A stretch of 64,000 nt of DNA. Origin: Eledone cirrhosa. Its lineage: Eukaryota. The notes beneath the pieces are model-generated. The model was not told where the DNA came from. It saw only the letters and a program-made list of their open reading frames with translations, and made no database searches. Location of the stretch: assembly GCA_964016885.1 (NCBI GenBank), contig OZ024740.1:131874001-131938000 (forward strand), in the 5' to 3' direction. This document shows positions 1-13,710 of the stretch, piece after piece (position 1 is the first letter of the stretch; the number at the start of each line of letters is the position of its first letter). Both the position numbers and the translations under genes were made by a program.

Positions 1-3000
1 CCTTTAATTTACAGACACATACTCAGAGAAGGCCCATTCATTCGGGCCATACTTGCTTCTCTCACCCATCTTTCAACAAAATGCTGGGAAGAGAGCACTT
101 CCCTGTCTACCCTGATTTTCCTTTTCAGATGAAATTTGAAAAAGTTAATCAGGGATTCACCGAAGAGGTAAGTGCTCGTCTTCAGCTCTTTCAAACGTGT
201 CCACCATACTATCTCTTTCGCCATGGCCACCAGACAGATAAAAACTGCCTGCCCTTCCCGGTTAAAGGAAGGGGGCGGGGCAATCCTCACGATGGACTCA
301 GCTGATAGCTGGATCCGTCCTACACGTGACAGCAGGTGTTCGACATAAACCCACAAGTCAGCAATGCTCAGACACTGGACGAGTGCGTGCAGGACGGTTT
401 CGTCGCCCTGCACGCATCTCGGACATGCCCGGCTGACGGCACCTCCATGCCTGTAAAGTTTATCCCGAACTGGCAAAGCACCCCGGTAGCACTGCCAGGC
501 CAGGGATTTCTGGAAGTTGTCCATAGGCCCCGGCCCGAAAGTCCTTCCGAAGAGATTGGCTAGTTGATTTTCGTCGACGCCTAGAGTTTCTCCAAGTACG
601 TCGTCGCTCTTCCCCTCCACTAATCCCCTATAGAACGCCAAGGTGGAGTTTCCACCGATCACATTGCCCGATTGGTCGAGGGCTGTGAGCGCCCGAAGAC
701 ATTCCAGTCTCCAAGCGCTCCCTCTCGGTCTTCGCTTGACCCAGGACTGCAGCTCCGTCAAGGAGACGAGCTGGGGAAAAACGTGTCTAGCAAACGGCGA
801 CCACACCTTGTTCACCGTCGAGGAAGAGGTGGAGATGTCGTAAACTGAGCGCGTGTCTGCGCATCATCCGCCACGGCATGCCCAACCCTCCGCATAGTAG
901 GTGTTGACAGCAGATGGACCACCTGACCATCGGTGCGCGTCCCTTCCACAAGAAGCGAAAGAGCAAACGCTCCAGCGCAGTCACGCGGGGCTTAGGACAA
1001 GTTACGACGGTCAGGCGGTAGTAGATGACGGACGCCATGTACGCGTTAGCACCCTCCGCTCGACCTTTCAGGGATAGCTTCCTCGCGGCCCATTTCAGGG
1101 TGAGAGAAACCACCCTGCTCGTCACCTCGTCCCAGTTTTTGTCCGTCTGGAGGTCTGGACCGATCCAGACCCCTAGCAATTTAACCGGTCCGTCCGTCCA
1201 GCGCCCGACGACGCTGTTGGACGGCATGGACCTGCCTCTCCATGTGCCGAGCTGCAGGCCCACTGACTTTTCCTGGTTGATCATTGCTCCTGTCACCGCT
1301 TGGTATTCTCTTAGTGTAGTGCCGATCGCCTCGATGTGTTTGGCGTTTGACACCACTACGGTGACATAGTCGGCATATGCTGACACGGATCTTCCGCATC
1401 CTAGTTCGCGTGGGACCCCCCTCAACGTCTCCAGTTTGTGCAGTAATGGGTCGAGAGTCAATACGTACAATAGGGACGAGAGGGGACATCCTTGGCGGAC
1501 CGAGCGCATGATGTTGAACGGTTCCGAAAGGTGACCGTTCACTCTCACTACACACCAGATGTCGCTGTGCATGGCAGCGATCCAGCCTCTGAAGACTGGC
1601 CCAAAGCCAGCCGCCCTCAGGACTGCCGCTAGGTAACGATGGTCGACCCTATCGAAGGCTTTCGACTGATCTAAATTGATCAAAGACCCACCCGTGCCAG
1701 GTTCCCTAGCTACCCTCTCTACGATGTATCGCATGAGGTGGAGGTTGTCGTGAATGGATCTGTCGGGAATGGCGCATGTCTGTGCCTCTCCCACCAGACC
1801 ACCAACGAGAAGCGCCAACCTCTTTGCTAGCACCTTGGCCAAAATCTTGAACTCTGTGTATAGCAGAGTTATGGGCCTACAATTATCTATGTTATCCCCC
1901 TTGTTCGGATCCTTTCTCAGCAGCGCCACCGCTCCTCGGCTCACAGAGCTGGGAATTCTCCCGTTCTGTTGCCAGTTGCAGTAGACGTCCGCCAAGAGGC
2001 CTCCGAACAAGTTTGGCATTTGTACGTAAAGTTCATAGGGCAGACCCTCTAAACCAGGCGATTTACCCCTTGTGCAACTAGTCATTGCAACCCGTAATTC
2101 AGCGGTTGTTATCGGCTTTTCGCAACACTCCGCTCCAGTGGCCGAAAGCCGCGGCAGTCGGTCGAGGTAGACACTAAAGTCCATCCCTCGATCCGGCCCG
2201 CCACTGCCCCCGAACAGTTGAGCGAAGTGTCGCTGAAAAGCTTCACACATTTGCCCGGGATCGAGTAGCATGCGCCCGTCGTGGTCCACCAAAGACCTGA
2301 TCGTGGCTTTGTTGCCACGACGCGCCTCCGCCACTCGGGCCCATTGAACGGCTTTCGTTCCCTCGTGTCTGAGAGCACGCACCCTAGCTCTGACAACGCA
2401 GCCTTCGTGCTTTGCATTGAAGAATTGGTCAAGGGCCAATTTCGCCGCAAGTACGTCGGTCGAGATGTCTTTGCTAAGCGCCTCATCTAATTTTATAACT
2501 AATTCTCCCTCTGCTCTATATTTCTCTATTGCTAAAGTCTTACTAAACCTAGTGGACTCTATTCTAATTGCTCTTTTCAGAGCAAACCACCACTTGTTGT
2601 TGACGATGGCCCCCGTCAACGCCCGCTTAACTAGTTCGCTAATCCGGTCTCTGTAGGCCTTGCGCGCTGGTAAGGACGCGTTTAACTTCCAGTAGCCGGG
2701 ACCTCGTCTATGAAGCCTATCTAAGTCAAGCACACAGATCACAAATTTGTGGTCCGTGTAGCTGACTATCTTGAATTGTGGACAGCCTATGCTAGACCTA
2801 TCTATTTCCCTACAAAATACTCTATCTAGATATGATCTGGATGACCCTATGCGATTTGTCCAAGTCCATATTGGTACATTCGGGAAATCCATTCGGTACC
2901 TGTCAGACAGTTCAAAACGTCTGAGCAGGTTGGTGAGACTCTTGCACCCTCCTTCCCTATCCACTAATCCCACACAATCCCAGCGTGCATCTAAGATCCC

Positions 3001-3749
3001 GTTCCAGTCGCCCACTAACACTAAAGAGCGGGACGTTCCAAGAAAGGTCTCCAGACGCCGGAAGAAATCAGGCCGCCCTGCTCCTGTCGGGGCATAGACG
3101 GCCACTAGCCTGAAAGCTTGCCCGTCTCCGCTGGTCACGTCCATTGTTTAGCTACTCTGGCGAAACTGAGGGTCGGTTTTATAATGTCATTGTTCTTGTT
3201 GTTGCTATCGTTAATATTAATTTTAGTTTCAGCTGTGGTGGTGGTGACGTCAGTCGTCTTTGGTGGGGAAGAGTCCATTTTGCTTGATTTCATTTCGACA
3301 TCACGAGTTAATTTATTTTTTACTTCTTTTGTTTCTGTTTTCGCGGTGGTGGAGGGGGGGGGTTGTCATTGGTAATGGTGGGAAATGAATGTCTGCCTGA
3401 GACAAATTTAAAATATTGCTAGTGCTTATATTTTTTTTTGTGTTGGCAAACGTAGTAACATTTACAATGGTGGTGTCGGTGTGAGGTGTTAATTTGTGAG
3501 GAAGGCTTTCAGCTGCTTCGTGCAGAGGGGAATTAGCCATTTTTTTTCAAATAAATTTTTTTGATAATAATAAAAGTCTAAATTTTGGGCACAAGGCCCC
3601 AATCTTTTTGGGTATACTTTTCGGAAAACAATGTATGTGCGCTTATAAACAGTTAACAATAAAATTTTCCATAAATGACAATTTTTAACAAACGGAAATA
3701 ACAAACCTTTGCGGAGCTCACGATGATACGATTTACTACGTAGGTCGCC

Positions 3750-3750
<1 letters not shown>
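1..3750 (-). mobile_element. Tx1/L1-clade non-LTR retrotransposon, internally deleted and frameshifted
   Basis: ORF 787-3144 has APE endonuclease motifs (AVYAP, LVGDWN, SYLDR, TDH) and RT motifs (KSPGLEG, NLDQSKAFDRV, VRQGCPLS, AYAD). ORF 9-815 has the C-terminal zinc motif CPRC..ETVLHALVQC. 3145-3540 reads like an ORF1 N-terminus (SFARVA). The 5' boundary at the (AAT)n tract is inferred. Confidence 0.85.
9..3144 (-). pseudogene. LINE ORF2 (endonuclease-RT-zinc finger), frameshift near 800, catalytic YADD reads YADY
   Basis: Two overlapping ORFs, 787-3144 and 9-815; the endonuclease N-terminus is missing. Confidence 0.85.

Positions 3751-3781
<31 letters not shown>
3751..3781. repeat. (AAT)n microsatellite
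   Basis: Direct reading. Confidence 0.95.
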
Positions 3782-3782
<1 letters not shown>

Positions 3783-3912
3783 GTCAACATCAACAAGTAT
3801 GGGACTGATGGCTCACCCCTTCCTCACCAACAATATAAAAAGCCCCGGCACCACCACCGACATAGCCAACAACAATAACAGCCAACTACAACAAAAAGTA
3901 TATTATATTATT

Positions 3913-6900
3913 GTAATGCACTGGGTGATTGCTGGCCTTGTGCCTGGAGTGGAGACAATTATTAATGATTTCATTCTTAAGCCACGCAATGCTCAGATTA
4001 AGGAACCACTCATGATAATAACAACTTAAAAAAACAACAAAAAGAAAACCCCGTGACCAAGAAATACCGGGATGGCGGCCGGCGGGGAATAGCCGTGTCT
4101 CTAGGGGAAAACGACCCCTCTAGTCTTTGTTGACACTCGTTCTAGAAGTGGTAACACGAAATGATTACCCCTTGGCGGATAAGGATAAAACGCGACAAAA
4201 TAAAGTAAATGTCTAATGATAAAATCTCATATCGGATCGGCCGTCACCCGGGTAAAAAAGGGCCGCGTCCCTCAGAGAGGAACCAGACTGGGGTCGAAAA
4301 ATCAGCTAACGGTTCAAACCTTCCCATCACTTCGGAGCTGGAGACCTCCCATAACCGGAATACTCCTACTGTTGGCCCTCCATGCTCACCACCAAGAAAT
4401 CCAAAGAAAAAGAGAGAAAAATGGTCAAGGGAAGATAATAAAGAAGTCCTTGAGGCTTTCTACACTGCCATGTAGTACCCATCAAATACATCGAATACAG
4501 AACAGACATATATCAACTGGAAAAAGAAACATCCCGAAAACAGTGGCTATATCGACAGTAACAATATACGAAGAAATATTGTAAGAAAAAAGTTACTAAC
4601 TGATATAGAAATTGATCAGATCAAGCTATTAGCACGAAGTCAGCGAAGGGAAAATGAAACATGTGTCATTGAAAACGAGGTAAACTGTAACACTTCGAAC
4701 CCCAGGGTTGGGGCGGAATCACTGGCAACAGAACAAATTAAAGAAAGGATCGAAAAAGTGGAGTGAGTGCATGCTCAGGATGAATCTCCAAATGAAAATA
4801 ATGAGATCGTAAATGATAAAGAAATGAATGAGAATGAACTTGCCAACTTGAAGGATGAAATTATGATCGAATGGATGAAAATGAAAGAATCTGACATGGG
4901 GCAACGAGACACCCTCCCTAAGATCCAGAACTCCAAACAGAACCAACAGATAATACACAAGACTAACATAATTCTCAAAAACAGTATCATCACAAACAAA
5001 CAAAACATTACTGATTTAAATCATCTCTATTATGCATCGGCTAAAGTCACCACTCACTTATGTGGAGTGAAGATGAAAAAACAAAGGAATTCCCACAAGA
5101 AATCTACTTGGCAAGAGAACATCAATCGCCAAATAAACCTTTTCCGATCTGACATAGACATTTTAACAAACTATAAAGTAGGTGAACATGTTAAACAAAC
5201 TAAACTTAGAAATTTGAAAAAAAAGGACAGTATAAAATCAACAAGTGACATAGACATGCTGATAGAAATAATCAAGCAAAAAGTGTCGGCCAAAGCTGCT
5301 CGTATAAGGCGCTTTGAAAAACGATCTAGATTCTATAAGGACAATAATATGTTCAAAAACAACCAAAGAAACTTCTACAGAAAAATTGGTAAGTCAACAA
5401 TAACTGCTAAATCAATACCACCCAAGGAGGAAGTGCAAGAATTCTGGGAAAAGATCTGGGCCGAAGAAAAAGTTCATAACATACATGCCCCATGGATAGA
5501 CAGACAAATGAAAGATACAGCTCACCTTGAGGAACAAACATGGGAAAATATAACAGTTGAACAGTTGCGCTTGGCTCTAACAAAAACCAGCAAATGGAAA
5601 TACCCAGGAAAAGACAAAATACAAAACTTTTGGATAAATGCGTTCACAGTGTCTCATGAGCTGTTAGCCCAACTTTACAATGAAATAGTTAAGGAGCCAG
5701 AAAAGATACCACGATGGCTAGTTAACGGCATTACATTGCTGCTTCCGAAGAATGATGAGACAAACAATCCCAAAAATTACAGACCGATAACTTGCTTGAC
5801 CACAATGTATAACATTTTAACATCAGTCCTAACTGAATACACATATGACCACCTGATAACAAATGACCTATTTCCCATTGAGCAGAAAGGGTGTAAACGA
5901 GGCTCATATGGCTATAAGGATGAGCTTCTGGTTAACAAAATGATACTGGAAGATTGTCATAATAGACACAAAAATCTATCAATTGCTTGGATAGACTACA
6001 AAAAAGCATTCGATAGTTTGCCACACAGTTGGATTGAAAAACGTTTAGAGATTTTCAATATATCCCCCGTTGTCAGGAGGTTTTTGTCATTCAGTATGAA
6101 GACATGGAAAACGACACTCCTTTTGAATAGTGAAACAAAATCACTGGAAGCTGGAGAAGTTAATATTAATTGTGGAATTTTTCAGGGTGACTCTTTATCA
6201 CCGCTTTTATTCTCAATGAAACAAAACATGGATATACAGTCTATGACAAAACCATTAAACACCTGTTCTACATGGATGACCTGAAACTATTTGCAAAAAA
6301 TGATGAACAATTGCACGGGCTATTATCCACTGTGAATCAGTTCAGTGATGACATTAAAATGGAGTTTGGACTAGATAAATGCGCCAAAGCAACGTTCACC
6401 AGAGGAAAGCTGCTGAAGAGTTCAGACATTAATCTTCATCGGGGAACCGTGATAAGAGAACTTGATCAAGAAAAAACTTATAAATATCTAGGTGTTTGTG
6501 AAGGAGACGGAATCAAGCACTCGACAATGAGGGAAAGGATAAGGAAGGAATGTTACCGCAGAGTAAGAGCAATCTTAAGAACGGAATTGAATGCAAGGAA
6601 TGGGATCGATGCCATGAACACGCTTGCCATACTAGTAGTAACCTACAGTTACAATGTCATCAACTGGTCAAGCACAGAGATCCGTAGGCTCGATACAAAA
6701 ATTCGAAAATTATTAACCATGCACAGAATGCATCACCCTAAGGCAGATACAGATGGAATATATCTCCCTAGGAAAGAAGGAGGACGTGGGTTAATCCAGT
6801 TAGACATTGCGTTGAAAACTGCAACAATTGGATTATCTACATATCTAAGGGAATCACATGATTGGATGATCAAACTCGTTTTGAAACACGAAAGCATCAA

Positions 6901-7990
6901 AAGATCATATTCCATTACAAAAGATGCACAAATATACAGTAATGGACTACAAATTTCAGAAGTCCCATTTATTGCTGAAATGGAAAACACAGAAAAAGCA
7001 AAGCAGGTAAAAGTAAGTGCAAAGAAAGAACTGCTACAGAAACTGGCTAAAAAATGGCAAGAAAAGCCTCTGTATGGAAAATACCCAGATCGAGCTAACA
7101 ATCCTGATTTTGACAAAACTTTAACCCATCAGTGGTTGGCATCCTCTGGACTGAAATCGGAGACTGAAGGACTGATTATATCGGCACAAGATCAGTGTCT
7201 GCCATCAAAAAATTACCAAGCCAACATAATAAAAAATGGGTGCAGCCCATTATGCCGTGTATGCAAAAAACAACCAGAGACCATTGACCATATAATTTCA
7301 ATGTGCAGTCCTATAGCTCCAACCGAATACCTAAACAGGAATGACAGAGCTGCACAATACATACATTGGATAATGTGTAAGCATTTTGACCTGTCCCATC
7401 AAAAGAATTGGTGGGAGCATCAACCATCTCCCATACTTGAAAAAGATCACATCTCAATTTTGTGGAACTTTAGCATCCAAACAGACCGAAAAATAGATGC
7501 AAATAGACCTGATATAATATTGAAGGACTTTCAAAAGAGGGTATGCCTGCGAATTGATATGTGTCTGTTCCAATAGACAAGAATGTATCTATAAAAACAT
7601 TTGAAAAATTGAGCAAGTATAAGGACCTGGATATAGAAATTGGAAAAATGTGGAAATTGAGAACTAAAACAATACCAGTGGTTGTAGGCGCTCTGGGAAT
7701 GATACCTAGGGTGTCTAATGACTACTTATCGGAAATCCCAGGAAACCCGCGTATAGGAGAAATAAAAAAGATAGTACTAATGGGAACTGCCCATATACTA
7801 AGGAAAATTCTGTCAATATAAGTACATCACAAGTCTAAACACTAAAGATACATGTGTGAATATGTATGTTCTTTCTTGAACATGGCGGACCTTGTTGTCT
7901 CTTGAGGTCACTGGTTGTGACTTGGTGATAACTCGTATGAACATAAAGCAAGATAAATGCAACTGTAATAATAATAATAATAATAATAAT
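3913..7990 (+). mobile_element. R4/Dong-clade (restriction-like endonuclease) non-LTR retrotransposon, near full length, copy 1
   Basis: Broken ORF 4209-7821 with RT (NYRPITCL, WIDYKKAFDS, GIFQGDSLSPLLF, YMDDLK), CCHC finger (CRVC..ETIDHIISMC), R(H/N)D, RPDI..D and K..KY endonuclease motifs. The 3' UTR ends in (TAA)n at 7966-7990. Confidence 0.9.
4209..7821 (+). pseudogene. R4/Dong RT-RLE polyprotein with a stop at 4473, frameshifts and a small deletion near 6212
   Basis: ORF pieces 4209-4475, 4767-6284, 6272-7576 and 7561-7821 are collinear parts of one protein. Confidence 0.88.
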
Positions 7991-7991
7991 T

Positions 7992-10900
7992 GTAATGCAC
8001 TGGGTGATTGCTGGCCTTGTGCCTGGAGTGGAGACAGTTATAAATAATTTCATTCTTAAGCCACGCAATGCTCACATTAAGGAACCACTCATGATAATAA
8101 CAATTTAAAAAAAACAACAAAAAGAAAATCCCGTGACCAAAAAATACCGGGATGGCGGCCGGCGGGGAATAACCGTGTCTCTAGGGGAGAACGACCCCTC
8201 TAGTCTTGGTTGACACTCGTTCTAGAAGTGGTAACACGAAATGATTACCCCTTGGCGGATAAGGATAAAACGCGACAAAATAATGTAAATGTCTAATGAT
8301 AAAATCACATACCGGAACGGCCGTCACCCGAGTAAAAAAGGACTGCGTCCCTCAGAGAGGAACCAGACTGGGGTCGAAAAATCAGCTAATAGTTTGAACC
8401 TTCCCATCACTTCGGAGCTGGAGACCTCCCATAACCGGAATACTCCTACTGTTGGCCCTCCATGCTCACCACCAAGAAATCCAAAGAAAAAGAGAGAAAA
8501 ATGGTCAAGGGAAGATAATAAAGAAGTCCTTGAGGCTTTCTACACTGCCATGTACTACCCATCAAGTACATCGAATACAGAACAGACATATATCAACTAA
8601 GGGAAAATGAAACATGTGTCTGTGAAAATGAGGTAAACAGTAACACTTCGAACCCCAGGGTTGGAGCGGAATCACTGGCAACAGAACAAATTATAGAAAG
8701 GATCGAAAAAGTGGAGGGAGTGCATGCTCAGGATGAAACTCCAAATGAAAATAATGAGATCGTAAATGATAAAGAAATGAATGAGAATGAACTTGCCAAC
8801 TTGAAGGATGAAATTATGATCGAATGGATGAAAATGAAAGAATCTGACATGGGGCAACGAGACACCCTCCCTAAGATCCAGAACTCCAAACAGAACCAAA
8901 AGATAATACACAAGACTAACATAATTCTCAAAAACATTATCATCACAAACAAACTAAATATTACTGATTTAAATCATCTCTACTATGCATCGGCTAAAGT
9001 CACCACTCACTTATGTGGAGTGAAGATGAAAAAACAAAGGAATTCCCACAAGAAATCTACTTGGCAAGAGAACATCAATCGCCAAATAAACCTTCTCCGA
9101 TCTGACATAGAAATTTTAACAAACTATAAAGTAGGTGAACATGTTAAACAAACTAAACTTAGAAAATTGAAAAAAAGTACAGTATAAAATCAACATGTGA
9201 CATAGACATGCTGATAGAAATAATCAAGCAAAAAGTGTCGGCCAAAGCTGCTCGTATAAGGCGCTTTGAAAAACGATCTAGATTCTATAAGGACAATAAT
9301 ATGTTCAAAAACAACCAAAGAAACTTCTACAGAAAAATTGGTAAGTCAACAATAACTGCTAAATCAATACCACCCAATGAGGAAGTGCAAGAATTCTGGG
9401 AAAAGATCTGGGCCGAAGAAAAAGTTCATAACATATATGCCCCATGGATAGACAGACAAATGAAAGATACAGCTCACCTTGTGGAACAAGTATGGGAAAA
9501 TATAAGAGTTGAACAGTTGCGCTTGGCTGTAACAAAAACCAGCAAATGGAAATCCCCAGGAAAAGACAAAATACAAAACTTTTGGATAAATGCCTTCACA
9601 TAGTCTCATGAGCTGTTAGTGAAGGAGACGGAATCAAGCACTCGACAATGAGGGAAAGGATAAGAAAGGAATGTTACCGCAGAGTAAGAGCAATCTTAAA
9701 AACGGTATTGAATACAATGAATAGGATCGATACCATAAACACGCTTGCCATACCAGTATTAACCTACCGTTACAATGTCATCAACTTGTCATGCATAGAG
9801 ATCCGTAGGCTCTATACAAAAATTAGAAAATGATTAACCATGCACAGAATGCATCACCCTAAGGCAGATACAGATATAATATATCTCCCTAGGAAAGAAG
9901 GAGGACGTGGGTTAATCCAGTTGGATATATAGCGTTGAAAACTGCAACAATTGGATTATCTACATATCTAAGGGAATCACATGATATGATGATCAACCTC
10001 GCTTTGAAACACGAAAGCATCAAAAGATCATACTCCATTACAAAAGATGCACAAAGATACAGTAATGGACTACAAATCTCAGAAGTTCCATTTACTGCTG
10101 AAATGAAAAACACGGCATGTAAAAGTAAGTGTAAAGAAAGAACTGCTACAGAAACTGTCTAAGAAACAGCAAGAAAAGCATGTGTATGGAAAATAGCCCG
10201 AAAGAGCTAACAATCCTGATGTTGACAAATCTTTAACCCATCAGTGGTTGGCATCCTGTGGAATGAAATCGGAGACTGAAGGACTGATTCTATCAGCACA
10301 AGATCAGTGTCTGCCAACAAAAAATTACCAAGCCAACATAATAAAAAAATGGATGCAACCATTATTCCGTGTATGTAAAAAACAACCAGAGACCATTGAT
10401 CATATAATTTCAATGAGTAGTCCTATAGCTCCAACCGAATACCTAAACAGGCATGACAGAGCTGCACAATACATTCATTGGATAATGTGTAAGCATTTTG
10501 ACCTGCCCCTTCAAAAGAATTGGTGGGAGCATCAACCACCTCCCATACTTGAAAAAGATCACATCTCAATCTTGTGGAACTTTTGCATCCAAACAGGCCG
10601 AAAAATAGATGAAAATAGACATGATATAATACTGAAGGACTTTAAAACGAGGATATTCCTGCTAATTGATATGTCCGTACCAATACACAAGAATGTATCT
10701 ATAAAAACATTTGAAAAATTGAACAAATATAAGGACGTGGAGATAGAAATTGGGAAAATGTGGAAATTGAGAACTAAAACAATACCAGTGGTTGTAGGCG
10801 CTCAGGTTACATGCAATCTGGTTACATTTCAGTAACTATATATATCTCAATAAGTTCCCACTAGATGTCACTCTTTCATCATCTATCATATCTCTACTGT

Positions 10901-11568
10901 TCCATTTTTATCTATTCATATTTTCTTAATAAACCAAAGCATATATTGGTATATACCTGTTTATGCTTAGGATTCCATGTTGTCCAGAAAGTAATAATTC
11001 CATAGATGAGTTGATAGAGAAACTGTGTACAAGAGGGATAAGTTGTAGTGTGCAGGAGAGAAGACTGCGATGGTATGGACATGTGATGTGCATGGAGGAT
11101 AACAACTGGGTAAAGCAGTGCCAAGAAATCTCAGTTGAAGGAGGATGCAGTAGAGATAGACCAGGAAAAACAAGGGCGGATGGTGGGAGCATATTGTTGG
11201 TATTGGTTGGTGAATCACATTAGACCTACTAGGTGTAAAGTCTAGATCAGTCATAGGAATGATACCTAAGGGGTCTAATGATTACTTATCGCAAATCCCA
11301 GGAAACCCGCATATAGGAGAAATACAAAAGATGGTACTAATGGGAACTGCCCATATACTAAGGAAGATTCTGTTAATATAAGTACATCACAAATCTAAAC
11401 ACCTAAAGATGCATGTGTGTGTATGTATGTACTTTCTTGAACATGGCGGACCTTGTTGTCTCTTGAGGTCACTGGTTGTGACTTGGTGATAACTCGTATG
11501 AATATAAGGCAAGATAAATGCAGCTGTAATAATAATAATAATAATATTAATAATAATAATAATAATAA
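7992..11568 (+). mobile_element. R4/Dong copy 2, tandem to copy 1, RT core deleted, with a foreign insertion
   Basis: Highly similar to 3913-7990. Deletion junctions at ~8599 and ~9619 (the second removes the equivalent of ~5669-6498). Insertion at ~10804-11254. (TAA)n tail at 11527-11568. Confidence 0.9.
10985..11185 (+). mobile_element. RTE-clade LINE 3' fragment inside the insertion in Dong copy 2
   Basis: Translates to QERRLRWYGHVMCMEDNNWVKQC..VEG..SRDRPGKT, the typical RTE C-terminal RLRW.GHV..GRP motif. Confidence 0.75.
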
Positions 11569-13057
11569 GGAAGGCATTTTGCGGACAGTAAAAACGTTTA
11601 GCGATGACATCAGGATGGAGTTTGGATTGACAAGTGTGCAAAAGTCACTTTCAAGAAGGGGAAGCTTGTCAAGTCAGACTCAGTTGAATTGGACGTTGAA
11701 ACAATCAGAAAGGAACTTGAGCAGGAACAAATCGATAAACACTTAGGGATTAATGAGTGCTCTGGCATACAGCATGCACGTATGAAAGAGAGGATAAGGA
11801 AAGAATGTTACAGGAGAGTACGTGCAGTTCTTAGATCAGACCAAAAGCTCGTAACAAGGTCCTATCCATAAATTCCTTGGCAGTCCCAGTTGTCACTTAT
11901 ATCTTCGGTGTGTTGAACTGGAATATGAGTGAAATCAAAATAATCGGCACCAAAGTCCTTAAGCTACTGCCCTGTAATAGGATGCACCACCCAAATGTAG
12001 ATGTGGATCGTCTTTACCTTCCTAGAACTCAAGGAGGCCGTGGCCTGATCAAATTTGAACTTGCTTACAAGACCACCATCATTAGACTGGCCAAATACCT
12101 TGACACAACTAATGACTGTATGCTGAAACTTGTTGAAAGGCATGAGAGAAGTAAGAAGCTTCATTCTATCTTGAAGTAGCACAAATAATATGCTAGCGTT
12201 CTCATGCTTGATACCCAGGCTGGACAGACTAAAGGAACTGTTGCAACTGATGCTGCTAGGCACATGAAGTCACTGGCAAAAGAAAAAGGGCAAGGACAAT
12301 TAGCCTCAAATTGGGAATTATGTGTCCCGTAGCAAACAAGCTTATGTTGACCAAAAGCACACCCATCAGTGGCTACGTAGTTCAGGGCTAAAGGTGGAGA
12401 GTGAAGGTTTCATCTTAGCTGCCCAAGATCAAAGCTTATTGGCTCATAATTACCAGGTGAATGTGATGAGAAACGGAATAAACCCAAAGTGCCGATTCTG
12501 CAATGCTGAGGTTGAAATAGTGGATCACTTAGTCTCTGGATGTAAAGTTTTAACACTAGTAAAATATAAATATAGACATGACAGAGTTGGCCAATATCTA
12601 CAATGGGTAATATGTCGGCATTACAAAATCAAAGCTGAAGACAAGTGGTACAATCATAACCATGAGGCTGTAACTGAAGGAGAAAAAGTAACAATTCTCT
12701 GGGACTTTCCTGTACATACTGAAAAGACCGTAAAAGCAAATAGACCTGACGTCATTGTAAAAGATCAACATAAAAAGGTATATTTATTGATAGATATGAG
12801 GATCCCATGTGATCACTATATCGCGGTAAAAGAATTTGACAAGCTACGAAAATATAAACATCTGCTCATTGAGATTGGGAAAATGTGGCCCCTCAAGGCC
12901 GGTACAATTCCAGCGATTGTGGGAGGACTGGGAATGATCAAGAAAGGAACAGAACACTATTTGCGAATGATTCGTGGTTTACTCTCTCTCTGCCCGAGGT
13001 GCAAACAATTGTTTTGACTGGTACTGCACAAGTATTGAGAAGAGCACTATCTCTGTA
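11569..13057 (+). mobile_element. 5'-truncated R4/Dong element of a second subfamily
   Basis: FSDDIRMEFGL, RLYLPRTQGGRGL, AAQDQSL, CRFC..VDHLVSGC, RHD and RPDVIVKD motifs; begins directly after the (TAA)n tail of copy 2. Confidence 0.85.
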
Positions 13058-13254
13058 AGATCGATAGCCCGACTTGTATTTACGTATGCATATGCACATG
13101 TGTATATATGTATACTGTTTTACTTTTTTTTTTTTTATCATAATCAATGTGCTGTATTAACTTGCTTACTCATGCACACTGTGAATTGATTTGCCCTAGG
13201 TGTCAGGAAGACACTCGGCATATATCTCAGAAAAAAATAATGAAAGAAAATAAA

Positions 13255-13651
13255 AATAATAATAAAAGATCGTGCCTGATTTTAGATGTAGCCTGCCCAT
13301 TTGATACGAGAGTGCAAGAAAAGGAGAGGGATAAAATTAACCTATACCAGGACTTAAAGTGGGAGTTAAAGGGATATGGAACTGCCATGAAGTCAGACCG
13401 TCCCGATTGGCATAGGCGCACTAGGTACTATCTCAAAGAGTTTCCCAGGATGGTTAAAGAAGATTAGTCCAGTCTCGCTTTTTGGTACACTTCAAAAGGC
13501 ATGCTTGCTGGGAATGGCAATAACCCTCCGATACGTCCTGAATATCTGAGGCTGCAGTTAGCGGGTTGATATTCATTTCAACAAACTTTCCAGCTAAAAG
13601 ACATCAATGACTGAGACTGAAAGAACAATAATATTAATATTAATAATAATA
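13255..13651 (+). mobile_element. 3' fragment of a third R4/Dong-like subfamily
   Basis: CLILDVACPFDTRVQEKERDKINLYQDLKWEL matches the RLE C-terminus; ends in an (AAT)-rich tail. Confidence 0.7.

Positions 13652-13710
<59 letters not shown>

Noticed and set aside
4050-4200. Possible HDV-like ribozyme in the R4/Dong 5' UTR
   Set aside because: Local hairpins exist (CTAGGGG/CCCCTCTAG, GGTAA/TTACC), but I could not assemble the nested double pseudoknot. A covariance search is needed.
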